64,000 bases of DNA from assembly GCF_036321535.1 (NCBI RefSeq), contig NC_087436.1, positions 1,550,001-1,614,000 of the forward strand, given 5' to 3'. Source of the DNA: Camelus dromedarius. Lineage: Eukaryota. Below, piece by piece: positions 55,501-64,000 of the stretch. Every line of letters begins with the position of its first letter. The stretch's first letter is position 1. The position numbers and the translations under genes were made by a program. The notes under the pieces are model-generated. The model was given only the letters and a program-made list of their open reading frames with translations, did no database searches and was not told the origin of the DNA.

Positions 55501-58500
55501 AGCTAGGTGAAGGACGGTTTCATACACAATTATCTCTCATAACTGAGCATGTGGAGAGACGTTCGTTCATCTAACACAAAGGGAACGGTTTGCAGGAGAA
55601 ACTTTTACTCTGGTTTCTCAGTCTGTTTCTTAGTAACGGTTTGAATTTCCTGCATTTTTCACTGTAAAACCGAGTTGGAGCTAGTACCTCCCCATATATA
55701 TATATGGAGTGGAGCTTGCAACTTAAAAGAAACTTTGTGTTCCCAACAAGTTAGGTGAAGGACGGCTTTCACACACACTTATCTCTCAGAACTGAGCATG
55801 TGGAGGGACGTTCGTTTATCTAGAACAAAGGGTATGGGTTGCAGGAGAAACTATTTCTCTGGTTTCTCAGTGTGTTTCCTAGTGCCATTTTGAATTTCCT
55901 GCAGTTTTCACTGTAAAACAGAGTTGGAGTTATTACCTCCCCATATATATGTATGGAGTGGAGTTTGCAACTGAAAAGAAACTTTGTGTTCCCAACAAGC
56001 TAGGTGAAGGACGGCTTTCACACACAATTATCTCTCAGAACTGAGCATGTGGAGAGAAGTTCGTTCATCTAGCACAAAGGGAACGGGTTGCAGGAGAAAC
56101 TTTTACTCTGGTTTCTCAGTCTGTTTCCTAGTGCCGATTTGAAGTTCCAGCAGTTTTCACTGTAAAACAGAGATGGTGTTAGTACCTCCTCATATATATG
56201 TATGGAGTGGATTTTGCAACTGAAAAGAAACTTTGTGTTCCTAACAAGCTAGGTGAAGTTCGGCTTTCATACACACTTATCTCTCAGAACTGAGCATGTG
56301 GAGTGACGTTCGTTCATCTAGCACAAATGGAACGGGTTTCAGGAGAAATTTTACTCTGGTTTCTCAGTCTGTTTCCTACTGCCGGTTTGATGTTCCTGCA
56401 GTTTTCACTGTAAAACCGAGTTGGAGCTCGTACCTCCCCATATATATGTATGGAGTGGTGTTTACAAGTGAAAAGAAACTTTGTGTTCCCAACAAGCTAG
56501 GTGAAGGATGGCTTTCAAACACACTTATCTCTGAGAACTGAGCATGTGGAGAGAAGTTCGTTCATCTAGCACAAAGGGAACTGTTTGAAGGAGAAACTTT
56601 TACTCTGGTTTCTCAGTCTGTTTCCTACTGACGGTTTGAATTTCCTGCAGTTTTCACTGTAAAACGGATTTGGAGCTAGTACCTCCCCATATATATATAT
56701 GGAGTGGAATTTTTAACTGAAAAGAATCTTTGTGTTCCCAACAAGCTAGGTGAAGGACGGCTTTCACACACACTTATCTCTCAGAACTGAGCATGTGGAG
56801 AGACTTTCGTTCATCTAGCACAAAGGGAACGTGTTGCAAGTGAAAATTTTACTCTGGTTTCTCAGACTGTTTCCTAGTGCCTGTTTGAAGTTCCTGCATT
56901 TTTCACTGTAAAACCGAGTTGGAGCTAGTACCTCCCCATATATATGTATGGAGTGGAGTTTGCAACTGAAAAGAAACTTTGTGTTCCCAACAATCTAGGT
57001 GAAGAACGGATTTCACACACACTTATCTCTCAGAATTGAGCATGTGGAGAGACGTTCGTTCATCTAGCACAAAGGGAATGGGTTGCAGGTGAAACTATTA
57101 CTCTGGTTTCTCAGTCTGTTTCCTAGTGCCGGTTTGAACTTAATGCAGTATTCACTGTAAAACAGATTTGGAGCTAGTACCTCCCCATATATATATATGG
57201 AGTGGAGTTTGCAACTTAAAAGAAACTTTGTGTTCCCAACAAGTTAGGTGAAGGACGGCTTTCACACACACTTATCTCTCAGAACTGAGCATGTGGAGAG
57301 ACGATCGTTCATCTAGCACAAAGGGAACGGGTTGCAGGAGAAACTTTTACTCTGGTTTCTCAGTCTGTATCCTAGTACCGGTTTGAAGTTCCTGCAGTTT
57401 TAACAGTAAACAGATTTGGAGATAGTACATCCCCATATATATGTATGGAGTGGAATTTGCAACTGGAAAGGAACTTTGTGTTCAGTAAAAGCTAGGTGAA
57501 GGACGGTTTCATACACAATTACTCTCATAACTGAGCATGTGGAGAGACGTTCGTTCATCTAACACAAAGGGAACGGTTTGCAGGAGAAACTTTTACTCTG
57601 GTTTCTCAGTCTGTTTCTTAGTAACGGTTTGAATTTCCTGCATTTTTCACTGTAAAACCGAGTTGGAGCTAGTACCTCCCCATATATATATATGGAGTGG
57701 AGCTTACAACTTAAAAGAAACTTTGTGTTCCCAACAAGTTAGGTGAAGGACGGCTTTCACACACACTTATCTTTCAGAACTGAGCATGTGGAGAGACGTT
57801 CGTTTATCTAGAACAAAGGGTATGGGTTGCAGGAGAAACTATTTCTCTGGTTTCTCAGTGTGTTTCCTAGTGCCATTTTGAATTTCCTGCAGTTTTCACT
57901 GTAAAACAGAGTTGGAGTTATTACCTCCCCATATATATGTATGGAGTGGAGTTTGCAACTGAAAAGAAACTTTGTGTTCCCAACAAGCTAGGTGAAGGAC
58001 GGCTTTCACACACAATTATCTCTCAGAACTGAGCATGTGGAGAGAAGTTCGTTCATCTAGCACAAAGGGAACGGGTTGCAGGAGAAACTTTTACTCTGGT
58101 TTCTCAGTCTGTTTCCTAGTGCCGATTTGAAGTTCCAGCAGTTTTCACTGTAAAACAGAGATGGTGTTAGTACCTCCTCATATATATGTATGGAGTGGAT
58201 TTTGCAACTGAAAAGAAACTTTGTGTTCCTAACAAGCTAGGTGAAGTTCGGCTTTCATACACACTTATCTCTCAGAACTGAGCATGTGGAGTGACGTTCG
58301 TTCATCTAGCACAAATGGAACGGGTTTCAGGAGAAATTTTACTCTGGGTTCTCAGTCTGTTTCCTACTGCCGGTTTGATGTTCCTGCAGTTTTCACTGTA
58401 AAACCGAGTTGGAGCTCGTATCTCCCCATATATATGTATGGAGTGGTGTTTACAAGTGAAAAGAAACTTTGTGTTCCCAACAAGCTAGGTGAAGGATGGC

Positions 58501-61500
58501 TTTCAAACACACTTATCTCTGAGAACTGAGCATGTGGAAAGACGTTCGTTCATCTAGCACAAAGGGAACTGGTTGAAGGTGAAACTTTTACTCTGGTTTC
58601 TCTGTATGTTTCCTACTGCCGGTTTGAAGTTCCTGCAGTATTCACTGTAAAACCGAGTTGGAGCTTGTACCTCCCCATATATATGTATGGAGTAGAGTTT
58701 GCAACTGAAAAGAATCTTTGTGTTCCAAACAAGCTAGGTGAAGGACGGCTTTCACACACAATTATCTCTAGGAACTGAGCATGTGGAGAGACTTTCGTTC
58801 ATCTAGCACAAAGGGAACGGGTTGCAGGAGAATCTTATACTCTGGTTTCTCAGTCTGTTTCCTACTGCCGTTTTGAAGTTCCTGCAGTTTTCACTGTAAA
58901 ACCGAGTGGGAGCTCGTACCTCCCCATATATATGTATGGAGAGGTGTTTGCAAGTGAAAAGAAACTTTGTGTTCCCAACAAGCTAGGTGAAGGATGGCTT
59001 TCAAACACACTTATCTCTGAGAACTGAGCATGTGGAGAGAAGTTCGTTCATCTAGCACAAAGGGAACTGTTTGAAGTAGAAACTTTTACTCTGGTTTCTC
59101 TGTCTGTTTCCTACTGACGGTTTGAATTTCCTGCAGTTTTCACTGTAAAACAGATTTGAAGCTAGAACATCCCCATATATATTTATGGAGTGGAGTTTGC
59201 AACTGAAAAGAAACTTTGTGTTCCCAACAAGCTAGGAGAAGGACGGCTTTCACACACACTTATCTCTCAGAACTGAGCATGTGGAGAGACGTTCGTTCAT
59301 CTAGCACAAATGGAACGGGTTGCAGGTGAAAATTTTACTCTGGTTTCTCAGACTGTTTCCTACTGCCGGTTTGAAGTTCCTGCAGTTTTCACTGTAAAAC
59401 CGAGTTGGAGCTAGTACCTCCCCATATATATTTATGGAGTGGAGTTTGCAAGTGAAAAGAAACATTGTGATCCCAACAAGCTAGGTGAATTAAGGCTTTC
59501 ACACACACTTATCTCTCAGAACTGAGCATGAGGAGAGACGTTCGTTCATCTAGCACAAAGGAAAAAGTTTGCAGGAGAAACTTTTACTCAGGTTTCTCAG
59601 TCATTTTCCTAGTGCCGGTTTGAAGTTCCTGCAGTTTTCACTGTAAAACCGAGTTGGAGCTCGTACCTCCCCATATATATGTATGGAGTGGAGTTTGCAA
59701 CTGAAAAGAAACTTTGTGTTCCCAACAAGCTAGGTGAAGGCGGCTTTCACACACACTTATCTCTCAGAACTGAGAATGTGGAGAGACGTTCGTTCATCTA
59801 GCACAAAGGGAACGGGTTGCAGGAGAAACTTTTATTCTTGTTTCTCAGTCTGTATCCTAGTACCGGTTTGAAGTTCCTGCAGTTTTCACTGTAAACAGAT
59901 TTGGAGCTTGTACATCCCCATATATATATATGGAGTGGAGTTTGCAACTTAAAAGAAACTTTGTGTTCCCAACAAGTTAGGCGAAGGACGGCTTTAACAC
60001 ACACTTATCTCTCAGAACTGAGCATGTGGAGAGACGATTGTTCATCTAGCACAAAGGGTATGATTTGCAGGAGAAACTATTACTCTGTTTTCTCAGTGTG
60101 TTTCCTAGTGCCAGTTTGAATTTCCTGCAGTTTTCACTGTAAAACAGGGTTGGAGTTATTACCTACCCATATATATGTACTGATAGAAGTTTGCAAATGA
60201 AAAGAAACTTTGTGTTCCCAACAACCTAGGTGAAGGACGGCTTTCACACACACTTATCTCTCAGAACTTAGCATGTGGAGACACGTTCGTTCATCTAGCA
60301 CAAAGGGAATGGGTTGCAGGAGAAACTTTTACTCTGGTTTCTCAGTCTGTTTCCTACTGACGGTTTGAATTTCCTGCAGTTTTCACTGTAAAACGGATTT
60401 GGAGCTAGTACCTCCCCATATATATATATGGAGTGGAATTTGCAACTGAAAAGAAACTTTGTGTTCCCAACAAGCTAGGTGAAAGACGGCTTTCACACAC
60501 ACTTATCTCTCAGAACTGAGCATGTGGAGAGACTTTCGTTCATCTAGAACAAAGGGAACGGGTTGCAAGTTAAAATTTTACTCTGGTTTCTCAGACTGTT
60601 TCCTACTGCCGGTTTGAAGTTCCTGTAGTTTTCACTGTAAAACCGAGTTCGAGCTAGAACCTCCCCATATATATGTATGGAGTGGAGTTTGCAACTGAAA
60701 AGAAACTTTGTGTTCCCAACAATCTAGGTGAAGGACGGATTTCACACACACTTATCCCTCAGAATTGAGTATGTGGAGAGACGTTCGTTCATCTAGCACA
60801 AAGGGAATGGGTTGCAGGTGAAACTTTTACTCTGGTTTCTCAGTCTGTTTCCTAGTGCCGGTTTGATCTTCCTGCAGTATTCACTGTAAAACAGATTTGG
60901 AGCTAGTACCTCCCCATATATATATATGGAGTGGAGTTTGCAACTTAAAAGAAACTTTGTGTTCCCAACAAGTTAGGTGAAGGACGGCTTTCACACACAC
61001 TTATCTCTCAGAACTGAGCATGTGGAGAGACGTTCGTTCATCTAGCAAAAAGGGAACGGGTTGCAGGAGAAACTTTTACTCTGGTTTCTCAGTCTGTATC
61101 CTAGTACCGGTTTGAAGTTCCTGCAGTTTTCACTGTAAACAGATTTGGAGATAGTACATCCCCATATATATGTATGGAGTGGAATTTGCAACTGAAAAGG
61201 AACTTTGTGTTCAGTACAAGCTAGGTGAAGGACGGTTTCATACACACTTATCTCTCAGAACTGAGCATGTGGAGAGACGTTCGTTCATCTAGCACAAAGG
61301 GAACGTTTTGCAGGAGAAACATTTACTCTGGTTTCTCAGTCTTTTTCTTAGTAACGGTTTGAATTTCCTGCATTTTTCACTGTAAAACCGAGTTGGAGCT
61401 AGTACCTCCCCATATATATAAATGGAGTGGAGCTTGCAACTTAAAAGAAACTTTGTGTTCCCAACAAGTTAGGTGAAGGACGGCTTTCACACACACTTAT

Positions 61501-62575
61501 CTCTCAGAACTGAGCATGTGGAGAGACGTTCGTTTATCTAGAACAAAGGATATGGGTTGCAGGGGAAACTATTACTCTGGTTTCTCAGTGTGTTTCCTAG
61601 TGCCAGTTTGAATTTCCTGCAGTTTTCACTGTAAAACAGAGTTGGAGTTATTACCTCCCCATATATATGTATGGAGTGGAGTTTGCAACTGAAAAGAAAC
61701 TTTGTGTTCCCAACAAGCTAGGTGAAGGACGGCTTTCACACACAATTATCTCTCAGAACTGAGCATGTGGAGAGAAGTTCGTTCATCTAGCACAAAGGGA
61801 ACGGGTTGCAGGAGAAACTTTTACTCTGGTTTTTCAGTCTGTTTCCTAGTGCCGATTAGAAGTTCCAGCAGTTTTCACTGTAAAACAGAGATGGTGATAG
61901 TACCTCCTCATATATATGTATGGAGTGGATTTTGCAACTGAAAAGAAACTTTGTGTTCCTAACAAGCTAGGTGAAGGTCGGCTTTCATACACACTTATCT
62001 CTCAGAAATGAGCATGTGGAGTGACGTTCGTTCATCTAGCACAAATGGAACGGTTTGCAGGAGAAACTTTTACTCTGGTTTCTCAGTCTGTTTCCTACTG
62101 CCGGTTTGATGTTCCTGCAGTTTTCACTGTAAAACCGAGTTGGAGCTCGTACCTTCCCATATATATGTATGGAGTGGTGTTTGCAAGTGAAAAGAAACTT
62201 TGTGTTCCCAACAAGCTAGGTGAAGGATGGCTTTCAAACACACTTATCTCTGAGAAATGAGCATGTGGAAAGACGTTCGTTCATCTAGCACAAAGGGAAC
62301 TGTCTGAAGGAGAAACTTTTACTCTGGTTTCTCTGTATGTTTCCTACTGCCGATATGAAGTTCCTGCAGTTTTCACTGTAAAACCGAGTTGGAGCTTGTA
62401 CCTCCCCATATATATGTATGGAGTGGAGTTTGCAACTGAAAAGAATCTTTGTGTTCCCAACAAGCTAGGTGAAGGACGGCTTTCACACACAATTATCTCT
62501 CAGAACTGAGCATGTGGAGAGACTTTCGTTCATCTAGCACAAAAGGAATGGGTTGCAGGAGAAACTATTTCTCTG
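46500..62575 (+). repeat. Macro-unit copy 2 (rearranged internally, truncated at about 62575)
   Basis: Colinear with 27610-45170. The offset is 18895/6 up to about 54.8 kb and 17404 distally (40880/58284, 42394/59798, 43638/61042, 44617/62021). Confidence 0.93.
51334..58530 (+). repeat. 6/10/8-mer HOR tract within macro-unit copy 2
   Basis: CGATCG at 51334, 52826, 55313 and 57302 (spacings 1492, 2487, 1989). Confidence 0.9.
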
Positions 62576-62585
62576 GTTTCTCAGT

Positions 62586-64000
62586 CTGTTCCCTAGTGCC
62601 GGTATGAACTTCCTTCAGGTTTACCTGTAAAACATATTTGGAACTGTACCTACGCATATATATGTATGGAGTGGAATTTGCAACTGAAAATAAACTTTGT
62701 GTTCAGTACAAGCTAGTTTAAGGGAGGCAATCACACACACAAATCTCTCAGAACTGAGCATGTGGAGAGACTTTCGTTCATCTAGCACAAAGGGAAAGGG
62801 TTGCAGGAGAAACTTTTACTGTGGTATCTCAGTGTGTTTCCTACTGCCGGTTTGAAGTTCCTGCAGATTTCACTGTAAAACCGAGTTGGAGCTCGTACCT
62901 CCCCATATATATGTATGGAGTGGAATTTGAAACTGAAAAGAAACTTTGTGTTCCCAACAAGCTAGGTGAAGGCGGCTTTCACACACACTTATCTCTCAGA
63001 ACTGAGCATGTGGAGAGACTTTGGTTCATCTAGCACAAAGGGAAAGGGTTGCAGGAGAAACTTTTACTGTGGTATCTCAGTGTGTTTCCTACTGCCGGTT
63101 TGAAGTTCCTGCAGATTTCACTGTAAAACCGAGTTGGAGCTAGTACCTACCCATATATATGTATGGAGTGGAGTTTGCAAATGAAAAGAAACTTTGTGAT
63201 CCCAACAAGCTAGGTGAAGGCGGCTTTCACACACACTTATCTCTCAGAACTGAGCATGTGGAGAGACGTTCGTTCATCTAGCACAAAGGGAACGTGTTGC
63301 AAGGGAAACTTTTACTTTGGTTTCTCAGTCTGTTTCCTATTACCGGTTTGAATTTCCTGCAGTTTTCACTGTAAAACCGATTTCTAGCTTGTACCACCCC
63401 ATATATATTTATGGAGTGGATTTTGCAACTGAAAAGAAACTTTGTGTTCAGTACAAGCCAGGTGAAGGACGGCTTTCACACACAATTATCTTTCAGAACT
63501 TAGCATGTGGAGAGACGTTCATTCATCTAGCAGAAAGGGAAGGGTTGCAGGAGAAACTTTTAATCTGGTTTCTCAGTCTGTTTCCTACTGCCGGTTTGAA
63601 GTTCCTGCAGTTTTCACTGTAAAACCGATTTGGAACTCGTACCTCCCCATATATATGTATGGACTGGAATTTGCAAGTGAAAAGAAACTTTGTGTTCCCA
63701 ACAAGCTAGGTGAAAGATGGCTTTCACACACAATTATCTCTGAGAACTGAGCATGTGGAGAGACGTTCATTCATCTAACATAAAGGGAAAGGGTTGCAGG
63801 AGAAACTTTTACTCTGGTTTCTCAGTCTATTTCCTACAGCCGGATTGAAGTTACTGCAGTTTTCACTGTAAAAGAGAGTTGAAGCTAGAACCTCCCCATA
63901 TATATGTATGGAGTGGAGTTTGCAACTGAAAAGAAACTTTGTGTTCCCAACTAGCTATGAGAAGGACGGCTTTCACACACACTTATCTCTCAGAACTGAG
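62586..64000 (+). repeat. Recurrence of the window-start block 430-1845 (copy 2, runs off the window end)
   Basis: Offset 62,156 bp. About 14 differences seen by eye over about 1.4 kb, including a 1-bp deletion near 63540 that frameshifts the ORF equivalent to 1161. Confidence 0.95.

Larger units (their letters stand above)
1..64000 (+). repeat. Tandem satellite DNA array, 249-bp monomer, about 257 head-to-tail copies, extends beyond both window edges
   Basis: By-eye consensus CCCCATATATATGTATGGAGTGGAGTTTGCAACTGAAAAGAAACTTTGTGTTCCCAACAAGCTAGGTGAAGGACGGCTTTCACACACACTTATCTCTCAGAACTGAGCATGTGGAGAGACGTTCGTTCATCTAGCACAAAGGGAACGGGTTGCAGGAGAAACTTTTACTCTGGTTTCTCAGTCTGTTTCCTACTGCCGGTTTGAAGTTCCTGCAGTTTTCACTGTAAAACCGAGTTGGAGCTAGTACCT (249 nt) recurs every 247-251 bp from the first to the last base. 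Strand is assigned arbitrarily to show uniform orientation. Confidence 0.99.

Noticed and set aside
665..63770. About 70 short ORFs (60-144 aa) on both strands, many with similar peptides
   Set aside because: They are translations of the same monomer in several frames on both strands, opened or closed by random stops and 1-bp indels. No recognisable domain or frame preservation, so they are not called as CDS.
1..64000. CRISPR-like or other repeat-spacer/cassette array
   Set aside because: There are no unique spacers. The entire 249-bp unit is repeated with only point variants, and no cas, integrase or reverse transcriptase genes are present.
1..64000. Tandem RNA gene cluster (5S rRNA, tRNA, snRNA, spliced leader) or tandem SINE/MITE
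   Set aside because: I recognise no such sequence, Pol III A/B box pair, cloverleaf, poly(A) tail or terminal inverted repeat with target-site duplication. An Rfam/Dfam search would be the decisive test.
1..64000. Assignment to primate alpha satellite or another named satellite family or species
   Set aside because: Only short AT-rich word similarities exist (e.g. AGAAACTTTGTG, CTCAGAA), and the monomer length differs from 171 bp. No family can be supported without a database search.

Overview
The whole 64 kb window is one uninterrupted, head-to-tail tandem satellite DNA array. It holds about 257 copies of a 249-bp monomer (mean period about 248.6 bp, consensus about 45% GC by hand count), all in one orientation. 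I found no credible protein-coding genes, RNA genes, transposon insertions or CRISPR spacers; every ORF in the track is a chance open frame through the monomer. The informative signal is how diagnostic monomer variants are arranged. They form a nested hierarchy of higher-order repeats (HORs) and duplications at offsets of 1, 2, 4, 6, 8, 10, 12, 15, 23, 33/34, 76 and about 250 monomers. These include an 18.9-kb near-identical tandem duplication and a return of the window-start sequence after 62,156 bp. Junctions are in-register chimeric monomers, the variant repertoire switches at about 13.1 kb, and the monomer is rich in short dyad symmetries. The architecture resembles a eukaryotic (peri)centromeric satellite, but I cannot name the family or organism, and centromere function is only an inference. 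I see no evidence for a gene-encoded novel system. Block boundaries were read by eye and are accurate to roughly 100 bp.
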